A DNA stretch of 60,426 nt, filler included, from Asterionella formosa (Eukaryota): the NCBI GenBank assembly GCA_002256025.1. It is 10 parts of 10 records of this genome, joined end to end, with 100 filler letters (N's around TTAATTAATTAA, not from the genome) between each part and the next. Parts side by side here need not be neighbours in the genome. Positions count along the whole stretch, not along the records: positions 12,131 to 18,088 come from NKIB01012871.1; positions 18,189 to 24,141 come from NKIB01012872.1; positions 24,242 to 30,193 come from NKIB01012873.1; 7 more parts are not named here. The stretch is one strand, 5' to 3'. Within the stretch, counting starts at the first letter, position 1. Each line of letters opens with the position of its first letter. The notes below the pieces were generated by a model. It ran no database searches. It was not told the DNA's origin and worked only from the letters and a program-made list of their open reading frames with translations. This document shows, one piece after another, positions 12,377 through 25,392 of this stretch. Made by a program: the position numbers and the translations under genes.

Positions 12377-13306
12377 AGTAAGATACCGGCATACATAATA
12401 TATATTTGTTGTTATTGAACGATATCGCAGCAACAGTGAAGCAAAATGGAGTACCGGTATGCCGATTTCTCAAAATCATGGCAAGCAAAACAGGAGGATT
12501 ATTTATCGTATATGTAAAATATCCATTGGATCGGAAAAGGGCATGATTGCGTCCTTCTACACACTGATCAATTGTTAAATCGTCTTCAATGAAAGAGAGC
12601 CACGTACCTGGGCTGTGAAACGATATAGTTAAGTTGCCGTTCTTCTCGACCAAGTAAAAAAAGATGCTTCTCTTTTGGAAATACCGGTAATTATATACCT
12701 GTATTATGTGCCAACCACTTGCCCCATTTCGAAACAGCAATGCCATTGTCTGACTATAAACTACCGGTACCGATAGTGGTACTCAAGAAGCAAATCTCCC
12801 TTACTGTACTGGCGGTCCATACATTTAAGAATATACACCAGGTACCAATAAATGTGTCACTTCCCAAACTTTCAAAATTTAGAATATGTTTACATTTTAC
12901 ATTAGCATACACCGGTAACAACCAATTCTAAATCATTGCTGATTTTGCTGATGTTTATTGTCTTGTCCACACTTAACGGCCCTTTACCCTTTTCACTTGA
13001 TTTGCCAATAGTACATTTTCCTTTATTTCTTACCCTTTCATCAAACGGAAAATCGACTCGAATAAGTTTGAATTCATATACCGGTACCGGTAAGCAAGAA
13101 TCGTGAGCACAGGCAGGCATGCATCGGGCAGCACATTAGATAACAAACTAAAATCAATACCACCAGTGTGCGTAGACACGACAAAATTTGTACTGCTACA
13201 TATATTCTCTCCCACATGTAATATTATACTAGGCAGCAGTGTCCAGCATTTTACGTTGCTACCGTTTGTATCATTTTTACTCAATTGATTCCTTGACTCG
13301 GAGACC

Positions 13307-15787
13307 ATGGTGGTCGTGGCTCACTCATCGAAGCAACAGCAGCATCCATCTTCACCACCATCAGAAGGGTCCACCATGACAACGAAATATAGTAGCAACT
13401 ACAAGTCTCCTAAATCTAATTCTACAGCTCCTGCTTCCACACCACCTTCCAGTAGCATATACTCTTCTGCTTCAGATACTAATGATCCAACAATGACAGC
13501 CGCAGCAGCATCAATGATGACTTTAGAACAAATGCAGGAATTGGAACAGCGTGATGCAACTGCCAAGACTGCGTTGGCGAAGTCAGATGCGATTATATTG
13601 GAATTGAGAAGCAACGTTCGAATGCTGAAACGTCAATGTGAACATTTGGAAGCGGAAAAGCAACTGTTGCAGCAAGCACAATCATCAAAAGATTCGCAAG
13701 CCCGACAAGTTATGATCAATCAACAGTCGCATTCAAGTGTCATTGGGGAACTTCAGGTACAGCTGGACAGAGCGCATGCTCAGATATTGACAGCAGACAT
13801 GGTGCGGAAGGAACTGGAAGACACCTTGGAAGCAGAGCAATACACATGGGAATTGAGAGTCCAAGATCAAGAAAGACAGCTTCTGCAAATGATGGATGAA
13901 TGTGCTACGCTCAGGGATGATCTGGACAAGTGTAGGTCACAATGGAACGAAGCGGAAATCGGGTGGACCAACGAAGTGAAAGAACTGAAAACGGCGTTGG
14001 AAGCAGCACACCGGGACTTGAACAAGGCAAACAAACAAAATGACTTTACAGAGATGAGTGTAAAACTGGAAATTTTAGAAAACGAAAGAACGGAACTGCA
14101 AGGATGTCTAGATGAAGCCATGCAAGAATTGGAAGCCGTCGACCAGGAATTAAGAGCCAGCCCAGATGTAGAAGGACGACTTTGCGATCTATACAAGTGG
14201 TTTTTAGAACAACATGGCGAAGCTTCAGACGAAGACATTCCTACCGACGTGGAAGAGTTGATGCAAGGCATTCAAGAAATGGCTCAACATACTGTGGCCA
14301 TTGGAAGGCAAATCGATTCAGACGATGCCATGGAAATTCATGAACTTCAAGCACAAATATCCGTCTACAGAGGCGATTTGAAAGCTAGAGAAGAATCTTC
14401 AAAGGAATTACGATCATCCCTCAAAGAAGCAGTTGCCTTGCTCAAACCTCTACAAGATGCTGTGCACAAAACGGACTTGGAAAAACAAGCATTGGAACAA
14501 GAATTAACCGCCCTACGAGGTGGAAAGGCGTTGTCGGATGATAGTGTCATAAAGGAGCAAATTATTGAGGATCTGCAAAGTCAAGTACAGGCCCTTCAAC
14601 AGCAATTATCAACAGTTATCCCAGAACGGGTGTCAAAAGCACAAACCGTCGACGGCGGAGAATCCTCGTCTGCTGCGAAAAAGCGACTACAGGAAGAAGC
14701 CCTCCAAAAATTATTGGTGAGCACTCAATCAAGATTTCAAGAGCTCAATCAAACCAACACCAAGGTTATGGCTGAAAATGTGGCCCTACAAGAGCAATTA
14801 CAGAATGATGAAATTATGCTAAGATTAGAGGACGATCTCAAAGTCTGTGAGGATGAATTAAAACGAAAAGACGAAGAAATTCTTGCCTTACGAGACGAAC
14901 TGAACCGACAACCCCATAGCCATGGATTGGAGCCAATTGAACATGAGAAAAAAACAGATGCTCTGGAAGCTGATTTGGAACAGACGCGACAAGAACTAAT
15001 TGAAAAGACAGAAGTCGAGCGTATCTTGAACAAATCTCTGAAAGAAGCCCTTTCGCTGCTGAAACCACTTCAAATGCACTTGGAAACGTCAGAACGAGAA
15101 AAACGAGACTTATCGAAACAGTTGAAACTTTATAAGAAGCGTTCTTCGAAATTTGCTAACGGCAGTCCGATCAATGACAGCATGGCCTTGGAACGCACGA
15201 TGAGTACAGATTTGCCCCATGACGAACGGGAAGACTTGGAGCAACGTTTACAGCAGTTGGAGCTCCAAACAAGTGGGGCTGATAAATTGAAGGAAGACTT
15301 TGTGGAACTCAATGCTCGATACCAAGTGACGCACAGCAAACTTGAATTAGTAACGAAAGAACAACATACCTTGGTTGACGCCTTAAAGCAATACCAATAT
15401 ATAGAGACGGACTTGCTAAACGAACTCAAAGAAATGACGGATAAGCTGGCCAAGACAGAACACGAGCTTGAAAATGCCAAATATATTGCCACGTCGGCAC
15501 TAATGAAGGTGGAAGAAATGACAATGGAAAATGTGCAAAAGATGTCAATTGAAAATAATTCGGGGCTGCAAGAAAAAGTCCAACTTCTCGAGCGAGAAGT
15601 GGAATCTGCGAAAGAGTTAAATGAAACGCTTGAAACGTCAATTCAAGAACGTGATAGTATCTTACAGGCCCTGGCCGAGCAACATGATGCCTCGAAAGAC
15701 TTTGATGACTTTTCATCCTCGACAAATGTACGTGCAAAACAAGGTAACAGTAGTAAGGGAGTCACTTGGGACAAAAATTGGGAATAA
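13307..15787 (+). CDS. Long coiled-coil protein (826 aa)
   Basis: Intact ORF; S/T/P-rich N-terminus, then E/L/Q/K heptad-rich sequence. Confidence 0.85.
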   Translation: MVVVAHSSKQQQHPSSPPSEGSTMTTKYSSNYKSPKSNSTAPASTPPSSSIYSSASDTNDPTMTAAAASMMTLEQMQELEQRDATAKTALAKSDAIILELRSNVRMLKRQCEHLEAEKQLLQQAQSSKDSQARQVMINQQSHSSVIGELQVQLDRAHAQILTADMVRKELEDTLEAEQYTWELRVQDQERQLLQMMDECATLRDDLDKCRSQWNEAEIGWTNEVKELKTALEAAHRDLNKANKQNDFTEMSVKLEILENERTELQGCLDEAMQELEAVDQELRASPDVEGRLCDLYKWFLEQHGEASDEDIPTDVEELMQGIQEMAQHTVAIGRQIDSDDAMEIHELQAQISVYRGDLKAREESSKELRSSLKEAVALLKPLQDAVHKTDLEKQALEQELTALRGGKALSDDSVIKEQIIEDLQSQVQALQQQLSTVIPERVSKAQTVDGGESSSAAKKRLQEEALQKLLVSTQSRFQELNQTNTKVMAENVALQEQLQNDEIMLRLEDDLKVCEDELKRKDEEILALRDELNRQPHSHGLEPIEHEKKTDALEADLEQTRQELIEKTEVERILNKSLKEALSLLKPLQMHLETSEREKRDLSKQLKLYKKRSSKFANGSPINDSMALERTMSTDLPHDEREDLEQRLQQLELQTSGADKLKEDFVELNARYQVTHSKLELVTKEQHTLVDALKQYQYIETDLLNELKEMTDKLAKTEHELENAKYIATSALMKVEEMTMENVQKMSIENNSGLQEKVQLLEREVESAKELNETLETSIQERDSILQALAEQHDASKDFDDFSSSTNVRAKQGNSSKGVTWDKNWE

Positions 15788-15974
15788 AGTTAATTCTTTG
15801 TGCGTGCACAAATGACAACAAATCAATGGGAGGGGAAATTTGTGGCCATCAATTTTACTATCATCATACCGTGAAATTGTAGACCGTAAATATAAAAATA
15901 TTTCGTGAAGTTACGAAGACAATTGATTGACTCAGTTGTGCCTTCGTCTACAACTAAATGATGTGACGTTCCAG

Positions 15975-18088
15975 TCAACTATCGTCTTCGAATTTAAATA
16001 GCTCGTCCTCCAGTTGAGTCATGGTAGCATAGGAGGTTTTAGGGCCTTGCTCATCACCAATACTCATGTCTCCAAGAGGCAGCGAAATAAGTTGGTCTCG
16101 CATTCGGTCCCCAAAGACTTGGGATGAAAATGCCGATGGCTCCATTGCATTTTTGCTGAAAATGTTGGCTGCCCGCTTATTTAACTTCGCCAAACCCTCC
16201 AAGTTGAAGACTCTAGCTTCTAATTCAGCGAGGGAATGGTAAAGTAGGGCATGAGTAGGATTCACTTCCAAGCCCTTCTCTAGGACTTCACGTGCATCGC
16301 TGATCTTCCCATTCCGTATCAGATATTCGCCGTAGGCTCGATACAAACTTGGATCAAATGGGGCACATTCGATCCCTCGTCGTAGCAAAAGTCCAACGAG
16401 ACCACTATTGCCTTGACGCTCTTCAATATCGGCAGCTATTAACCACCCCGATCCGTGGGTCTTGTCTCTTGTCAACGCTTCTCCAATCAGTTTCTTCGCT
16501 CTCTCCAAGTTACCATCCCTCAATTCTACTGACGCCCATCCTTGATACAATGGCACATGATTGGGACATTTCACAAGTCCTGCCTTGAACAAGACTCGCG
16601 CATTCTCAAGGTTACCCATTCTGGATTCCATTGTCCCGTAGGCATGATATAAGGCACCATGTCTAGGACTATTTTTGATCCCAGCTTCAAACAAGGCCTT
16701 GGCGGCGGCATGGTGTCCCGCTCTCATTTCCATGACTCCCCAGGCTTGCCATGCTTGCGCATGACGTTTGTCCGATCGAGCGGCAAGTTCGAACCATTCT
16801 CGGGCCTTTTCTTCATTTCCCAATTTTACTTCACTCAAAGCCGCGCCAAGCAGTAACTGAGAAGAATTTCCATATTTCGCTATTCCTTCTTTAAAGATTA
16901 AAGATGCAACGACGGCACGATTGGTATTTAATTCAATCATGCCCAACGTATGGACAAGAAAAATGGCACGTTCGTGTCGAGACGAATCCATAAAGCGTGA
17001 TTGAGATTCCACCTGCCGTAAGCCTTCGTTAAGTATCATACGTGCAATGGCAACATTACCCAATGCCAGTTCCAATTGAGCTAACCCATGAAAGACAGAT
17101 GCCGGGTCAGTACATTCTGCTTGAATGCCCTGTTTGTATATCCTTCTGGCTTCCTCAACATTTCCTCTTCGTCGTTCCATGTTGCCATACGCATTATAAA
17201 CTGGACCATGTCGCGGATCCAACAACAACGCTTCGTCTAACAATCCCTTGGCGCGATCGAAATCAGGAAGTGACGCATCTGGGTGTCGTAGTTCCAACAT
17301 GGTCAAGGCTAACAGGGTAGGTGCGGATGGTTCCATCACAAGGCTAGCTGCATACAACATTCTAGCTCCGGAATAATTTCCTATGCGTTCTTCCACTCCT
17401 CCAGCGGCTTGAACCAACTGTTCGAGCAGACAATACAATATTTGTTAGAAATGATGTTGGTTCAAAAATGCTTGCGAACTCATCACAGTTTACATACAAT
17501 TGGTAAGTCACACAAACAAACAAAAACATAAACTTACATCCTTGTCAAGTGGAAATCGTTCCATACCTTGCTGTAGAATTTTCCTCGCCAACTTAAATTT
17601 TCTAGCTTTTACTTCCATACTTGCCCATGCATTAAATACTCTTCCATCTTCTGTGGGTGTTACAGCCGCTGTAGTCGAAGCATTTGTAGTAGTATTCCCC
17701 CTCATCATATAATCTCTACAAGTCGTTGCCAAAGTCATTCTCGTAGCATCCTCTTGCCCACTAGTCCTCCCTTGTAATCTTGCCAGTGCAACTTGTGCCC
17801 GACTATTGGTATTATTTGGGGACAACGCCATGGTCAACCATTCCTTGGCACGTTCCTTATTGTTGCAATATTTTTCTTCCAACCATGCGGCTGCCAAATA
17901 CACTTCTGTCCTGTCTTTTTCCGAGTCCAAGGAGGCATGACATTTACTGTACAACTCTCGTGCCTGGGGGTACAATTGTTGAGAAATGAATAATTCTCCC
18001 AAGGAACATACCAATGCAGCTGTGGGTCGGTCTGACAAGGGGCGTTCCCATAATTCTTGTGCCAACTGAATTGTTGTAATGTGTGTTG
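15975..18088 (-). CDS. HAT/TPR repeat protein, HCF107/Mbb1-like (plastid psbB/psbH mRNA maturation factor family); 5'-partial; intron 17418-17537
   Basis: Tandem HAT repeats (AWQAWGVMEMRAG, LYHAYGTMESRMG, LYQGWASVELRDG). A GTAAGT...CTAAC...CAG intron joins RFPLDKD to LVQAAGG in frame. Confidence 0.85.
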
Positions 18089-19115
18089 NNNNNNNNNNNN
18101 NNNNNNNNNNNNNNNNNNNNNNNNNNNNNNNNTTAATTAATTAANNNNNNNNNNNNNNNNNNNNNNNNNNNNNNNNNNNNNNNNNNNNACATAGCATGCT
18201 GGAGAATGATGGAAGCAAATCGATTTACGAATACCGTCGCCTAGTGCCGATATTAGGTTTCAAGTTTGATCCAGCCATGATGTCATCGTAAGTACTGGTA
18301 CCAGGGTACCTGTGCGCACCATGGTACCTGGTACCAGTACCTACCAGGTACGATACCTGGTTACTACAAGCATACCGCTATTTGGCTGTCCTGTAGTCGA
18401 TTTATGTACTTAAAAATATATATCTGTCTATGAATATATTGCAGAGTTCGTATTCTGTTGAGCCGTTGCAGTGGACGATGCAGGAGAGTCGTGCGACGCT
18501 TGGCTCCTCACGAATGAGACTCGCCGACGTAGGATTGGACGCCAAGTTACCATATGCTATGGTAAACTATCGTATGTATATATACTCTGGAATATTTGTT
18601 CAGCCGTTACGCGATGACATTGAGGTGCACCTTTGACGGAGTACCTGGTACCTGGTACCTGGTGCTGGTACCTGGTACCGTATCTGGTCTACACTACCAG
18701 GTACCTGCTACCTGGTACCCTGGTACCAGGTACCTGGTACCGGAAAGTAGGAGGAGTGATCTAAAAATTGAGTTGCATTTCAGTTTGCTTGACTTCGACA
18801 TTTACGTAGGTGAGATATGAACAGGCTACATACAATGAATTCTACACACCATTGTAAAACAGGACGGAATCCAGAATCCGTGCGTTCGTATACAATACTT
18901 GATGTCGAAATAGGGCAACAAACTATAAAATACAATGCATGTATGAAATCGTGCATGGATTTTGTACAGACACTCAATGCACCATATGAAAAGCATTTTG
19001 AGTTACCGGTAGCAAGCAGTACCCATGTCATGCTATTTCGATGTGGTGTTGGATATGATCTCACATCATGACAATAAATAGCAATTCAGATCGAAATTTT
19101 TTGGCCTGCTAAGAT

Positions 19116-19660
19116 TTAACTAGCTGGCACCAAATGGTCCAACTTTGAATCTTCAGCAAATTCTTCAAAGGAATTGTCACTTGTAACATCAGCAGGTACA
19201 GCATATGCCTTCCCAAGTTTAGCAAGAACTTTATTACTCTCTTTGGCATTCAGCTCCTCACCTTTCATTACCTTCATGACAGGTGTCATGCACAATTTGT
19301 GCATTAGTGGCAAAGTGATTTTTGAGCTTGGGATAGTAGTCTTCAAGCACATGATCAAATATTTCACATACTTGCAGAGATGTGATTCCTTGTCTCTGGA
19401 GTGTTACTGTGTCTTTACTGAACTTTAGTATGTGCTTAAATACCGTTTGTAACTCCCTCACTCCCACAATATTGCGTAAGAGAAGCAAGAGCATCGACCC
19501 TCTCAATTTATAAGTTGATCTCAAAGAAACATTTTATCATGGTATACTGAGATGACCATGATGTTACACTTTCTGTGATGGCCACATGAGGATTGTATTG
19601 TCTTAGAGCATCCTACATCTGGTTGGCATGCACAAAGGAAACCTTAGCTATGTTATTTAC
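19116..19660 (-). mobile_element. Decayed hAT-like transposase fragment (stramenopile type)
   Basis: ESVTSWSSQYTMIKCFFEI (hAT TRWxSxYxML motif), then TVTLQRQGITSLQVCEIFDHVLEDYYPKLKNHFATNAQIVHD and VMKVMKGEELNAKE across frameshifts. Confidence 0.7.
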
Positions 19661-20559
19661 ATCTGTAGAACGAAATATTTTTGTCCAGAAACACATGCTT
19701 GTCAATTCGTTTAGCTATTTTTTGTTGGGATTAACAGCAAATAAAACATACGCCGATACAGGAAGTCAGCAGTATGCTGGCCAATTAAAATCAATAGCCC
19801 TAAATGATCCACATGTATCGCTATTTAGCATTGTACTCGACTAAATATACTAATCTAACCGACATACCCATCCACAGCATCATCGTCTTACATAGAAAAT
19901 TTATATTTCTTCTACAGCGGGATTCTTTAAAAGATGTAAAACTAGCCGGGTTAGTCCACATGGAACATCTGTCATGTGCAGAAAGGAGTTTTGCTCTGGC
20001 ATGTCTCTACTTTGAACTTTTAGTAGAAGCCTCGCTCTTAAAGGATACAAATCAATTTAGCTCGTTCATTTTTTCTTTGTTCAAATATTTTTTGATAAGT
20101 TTAGTAGTAGAAACATCGAGACCTCATCCCTTGCATAGCTCGATTAGCATCATCATCATTGCTTGTTGTTCACGTAGTAACTGCCGCAACCGATCCATAG
20201 TTCTGCAAATGTGGAAATTGAAAACACATACCGGTACTAAGTTACTACAGATTCAGGTGTACCAGGAGCCTACAGGTAAGGCTACGTAGCGCTTTGATTG
20301 AACGTCGCCTCTTCCCCACCATGGTGGATACCCCCATCCCCAAGGAAACGACGATAATTGAAACCACTTTGAATGTTGCAGCTGCAGAATCCTTTAAGGA
20401 AGCATCAAACACAGGAGGAATGGCGACAAGCGATCATGAAGCTATTGATTTCGAAGCAGAATACATGCTGCGTATGAATGAACCTTCATACAAATCCAAC
20501 TACAACAATGCAGTCGCAACGATTCTCACAAACAACACAACAGCGCCATATAATCCGAC

Positions 20560-21195
20560 TAAGGACACAATGCACAACTCAAGGCAATCCAAGGTAGCGG
20601 ACGGTAGCATCAAAAACAACGACAATCGAAGTCACAGAATTTCCAGTGAATGGAATACAAAAACTACAAGAAACATGCAGCAGGTATTCTAAAGTCACCA
20701 GTGCGATTACAACAGCAGAAGGACGCAATGAATAAATCAAGACAATCCAAGGCGGCGGACATGAGCACCTGTAACCATGACAATCAGAATAACAACATCT
20801 ACAATGAATGGAATACAATAACCGATGTGGCAGTGGACATAAACATCAACAACAATGATAATCTGAAAAACAAAAACTACAATTAATGGCATACAAAAAC
20901 CGATGTGGCAGCTGACATTAACATCAACAAAAATAATCAGAACAATAGCTTTTACAATGAATGGAATACCACAAACAACATGGCAGTAGACATTATCATC
21001 AACAACGACAAGAAGAAGAACCACAGCAGTGACAATGAGTGGAATACGAAAAAACTCCGCAAATGATAATTTAGCACAGACAGCACAGCAGTCATCAGCA
21101 CCATTTGACCCAATTAACCATACAGTGAAAAACTCAAGACAACCCAAAGCAGCAGGCAATCGCATCAACAACGAAGACAATCGAAGTCACAAACG
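20560..21195 (+). repeat. Degenerate Asn/Thr-rich repeats (~78 bp and longer units)
   Basis: Recurrent gaatggaatac, tggcagt.gacat, and SRQ[SP]K[VA]A three times in broken ORFs 20294-21277. Confidence 0.65.
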
Positions 21196-22400
21196 CAATC
21201 CAGCATTGAAGGAACATACTCCACGAAGGGAATGGTTGGAGGAACGTCATCCTTGGGCCCATCATTGGCCCCCCTAATGCTTATCATATTCCCCCCGTGT
21301 CTATCCAGGCACAAGTGCGATTATTAGCTTAGTTTTAATGTACTTTAAAAAAAAAATTCTCTCCTCCTTCTGCCGCAACCGATCCATCACCACCACCTGT
21401 TGGTTGCACCAGATGAGGGACTATTACAGCTAAAATGGAAAGAGTTGTACTAACTACAAGTGCTAGTTAATTATAGGCAGATGTGCTATGTAATTGGAAT
21501 GCTTCTAGTAGTAGGTTTATTTAGTATCTAAGCATCATTGCTCTTCATTTTAGAGAGTTTGTTAGGATGATTGTCATTGATTTGCCAATTGTTGACTCTA
21601 TTCCCAATTGTTGTCCTCTATGATCATCTAGGTGAAGATTCCACCATTACATTCTATTCGATTGCACTTCCACAATAAAGAAGATGAGGCCCGAGCCCTT
21701 TCCTTGCTTGCTGGCCATCTGTCTGAATATTGCCAGCCAGTTACATGGGATTCTGGCTGGAGCTAATGTTGTTTCCAAAATATTTTGCACTTCCGCTGCA
21801 TCTCGAAAATTGCAAGTCAACAATGCTCTCTCCATGACATCTCAAATGCAGCTGTCCATCAGTGAGTCAACGGTGAATTGGGAGGGTTATTGTCTAAATC
21901 TATTTATGATAAAATTATAGATGCTTATGTTTTCATTAACTTACTTTGAAAACATACTATTGCCCAAATTTCGATTCATGACATTTTGCAGTATAAAAGC
22001 TTGGTTTGATGAAAATGTAACTTCGTCAAAACAAGTATGTATGGAATATCTTGTGAGTGTTTTCAGGGATGTATCCTTTGGTTACAGATGGGGTGCTCAA
22101 GAAATGCTTTTACCGGTAAAGATACATAATCAAGGTAACTGGTACCCTTGTACCCTGGTGGAGTACTAGGTACCAGTACCATTGGCAAAGCATTCAGGCG
22201 ATTAGCATACACTGTACCCATAGTAAGTACTGTTTAAAATCTCGAGTCTGAAGGTCGAAACATGACATCTGAATCCTATTGTATGTATCTGGACACGACA
22301 AGTCCTCATGTGGTGCTGAGTGTTGCAACTATGTACATACCCGTTATGTACTGGTCAACAACAAAAATAGTAAGTCCTTCCTATTCAGTCATAGCTATTT

Positions 22401-22696
22401 GCAAGCAAAATATAAACAAGTGCTGAACATATCACAACGAAAGCATATGCCGCCGGACACAGAGAAATACAGTTACCAATTGTTTAATTCTACTCATGTG
22501 TGCTCTATAAATTCATTACATTCCTTGCTGGGTCAGCATACTGCATGTAGCAGTAGTACGCTATCTGTCATAAATCCATATATTGAAGTACTGGCACATA
22601 CATACGTGTTGGACATATGTATCTTCCAACATACTACTGGTACTGTTGATGTTCACCATTGAATGACTTTATCAGAGGTATGCTGCAATATTCCTC
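22401..22696. repeat. Direct repeat copy A (~300 bp)
   Basis: Near-identical to 23616-23921. Confidence 0.95.
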
Positions 22697-23047
22697 GTCT
22701 GCTACTCCCCTTCATTCAATTCTTGGGCAGCCCACAATTATGGTCAACATGTGATTATTCCCATGCGTCTCAAATTAGCACAGATTTGCTGCAGCAATAA
22801 TTTTCATCAATAATAATCTCCAACCAACTCTTGTGAATTGCTCATCAATTAATGTTATGGAGTAGAGTGTGCATGGTTCCCATTTCCATCCAATGGCTTG
22901 TTCCTCTGGCGTTTGGCATTGATATGGCACTGTCCGGGGTAAAATACTGTGTGATTGGGTTGCCATTTTAAGAATCATACTAGGACAGCCTTTTCCATCT
23001 TAGGCTTTGAAATATCTGTTGTGTTTCTGTGGTGCATTATAGCTCCC

Positions 23048-23101
23048 CTGTCTGATGTCTGCTGTCTGATGTCTGCTGTCTGCTGTCTGCTGTCTGCTGT
23101 C
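23048..23101. repeat. Heptamer microsatellite (TGCTGTC/TGATGTC)n
   Basis: About 7.5 tandem copies. Confidence 0.9.
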
Positions 23102-23615
23102 TTTCCACTCAGATGTATTAGTGTGATGAAGTAAGATAGGAGTGTTCAATATCCCCCCTCTTCTCCCAAGAGGGAAAGTGAGCGCTGAGCCGACGAGGCA
23201 AGCGGAGTCCTTGGCTGTTGGAAGACGGAAGTAAAGAAACAATGAAGGAAGGAAGAAAGGAAGAAAACCCCTTGTTAGGCTCTTGTGGGCGTTGTGAGCG
23301 TCTTTTATACTCAGTACAGAGTAGAGTGTGATGGGATGGGGGGCACAACCAATTCAAGCATGTATCCAACGGAAGTGGCTGGGTAGTGAGGGCTTGCAAC
23401 CATGACGCACAGGTGGCAGTCTGCAACAACGCTGGAGCACTACTATGGGCAGCAAAGGTCTGCCAGAAAATGCCTTCAACAGCAAACTTATGGCACGCAA
23501 CATTTCAACACGCTGACGATTTGTATGCAGCTGCACTTGCTTCTGTAGGACGATGAAGCCCTTCACAGAAGTATGTTGGGTCCAAGGCAAAGGAGCGGTA
23601 AGGTCTGATAAATTA

Positions 23616-23921
23616 GCAAGCAAAATATAAATAAGCGCTGGTGAACATATCACGACGAAAGCATATGCCGCCGGACAAAGAGAAATACAGTTACCAATTG
23701 TTTAATTCTACTCATGTGTGCTCTATAAATTCATTACATTCCTTGCTGGGTCAGCATACTGCAGGTAGCAGTAGTACGCTGTCTGTCATAAATCCATATA
23801 TTGAAGTACTGGCACATACATACGTGTTGGACATATGTATCTTCCAACATACCGGTACTACCAGGTACTGTTGATGTTCACCATTGAATGACTTTATCAG
23901 AGGTATGCTGCAATATTCCTC
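23616..23921. repeat. Direct repeat copy B (~300 bp)
   Basis: Near-identical to 22401-22696. Confidence 0.95.
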
Positions 23922-24241
23922 TGCTAGCTATCTAGATTCGTTCGAATACCGGTAGTAGACTAATGCAAACTATATTTATTAGCCACCATCAGCTACCGGT
24001 ACTGTTTACATAAGATATGCACACCCAAAACAAATTCAATGATGACACTTACCACCTACCCGTCACAATTATTTATCTATGGCCTGTCGTTGTTGCCCTC
24101 CCATGGCAGATCCGCGATTTGATTTCCCCCTCCGTCGCTTANNNNNNNNNNNNNNNNNNNNNNNNNNNNNNNNNNNNNNNNNNNNTTAATTAATTAANNN
24201 NNNNNNNNNNNNNNNNNNNNNNNNNNNNNNNNNNNNNNNNN

Positions 24242-24790
24242 TTAGGTAAGTTCTTGCAGGGAGATGCTCCGAAAGCATGATGTTTTGAGTCAGGGATTAT
24301 ATTCTTATCAAATATGTTTGCCAACATAATTCATGACACACCAGCTGGTTTAACAGAATATAACTTCCAGACTATGGATATTGATGACTTTATTAGGTGG
24401 GCGTTGACGCTTTATCGTTTTGCGCAGTCAAAGAACATTGACAGGGGAAGCCATGGATACCAAGCAAGTCTGGCGTGATGTTCTTGCTCCGGTGTATTTT
24501 ATAGGCAGGACAAGCAAGCCGTGGAGAACCATTTTTAACAGGAGAAAAATCTGGTGTGACCAAGCCATTTTACAACTCAGTCTTCGGGCATAGTGTGAAC
24601 TGCAAACACGTTTTGTTGGTTTGCTGATCAATGCCAGTACAGAAGCATTTTGCTTCTTGGTGCTGAAAGGAAAATTCCGATTGCAACAAAAATATTTGGG
24701 TTGCAAACCAGATACCCATGAAATTTCAGAGAACGAAATTCGTCATTCTACCGATCTTGTCGACATTGGTGGGAAACCACTTATTAAAAA
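24242..24790. repeat. Direct repeat copy A (~550 bp)
   Basis: Homologous to 25393-25961 (taagttcttgcagggagatgctccg...gggaaaccacttattaaaaa). Confidence 0.92.
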
Positions 24791-25392
24791 AAATGTGTCA
24801 TATTATGATCAGATGATCACAATCCTATGATGCATCATGGAAATATTATAGTTTTCATTTGCAGACGCACTTGTCTCTCTGTTGATGAGGATGAGGATGA
24901 CACGGACACCGACTTTTTCAGGAGCAAACAACAGTGAAGAGAGCCAGGCCACTTGTCGCTCTATTGATGGTAGCAAAGCAAGATGCGTACAAGTTCAACA
25001 GTGAATACAAGAACAACATACCAATGAAAACAAGTTGACAGTCTGTGTACGCACACGCCAAGCAGGTTTGAGGCAACAGACAGTTCAAAAAAGCAAATGA
25101 CGATATGGATATCCAATTTTTCCTACGAGCAAACAACAATGAAGAGAGCCACTTGCTTTCGCTCTCTTGATGGTATCAAAGATGCGGACAAGTTCAATAG
25201 TTAATTCAAGTACAGCATGCTAAATGCAGAAACGAGCAACATGAAAAAGAAAATGTAATCATAATCATTCTATTACTATAGCTATGTGGACAGTAGTCTG
25301 TTACATTTTCATATCTCCTTCTATTCTGAATCTCAATAGTAGATGTAGTAAAAAAATGTCAGAATGTATTGAATAATCAATTTAAAGGAATC

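Noticed and set aside
13399..15737. Several minus-strand ORFs over the coiled-coil gene
   Set aside because: Ser/Phe-rich shadows of the real plus-strand CDS
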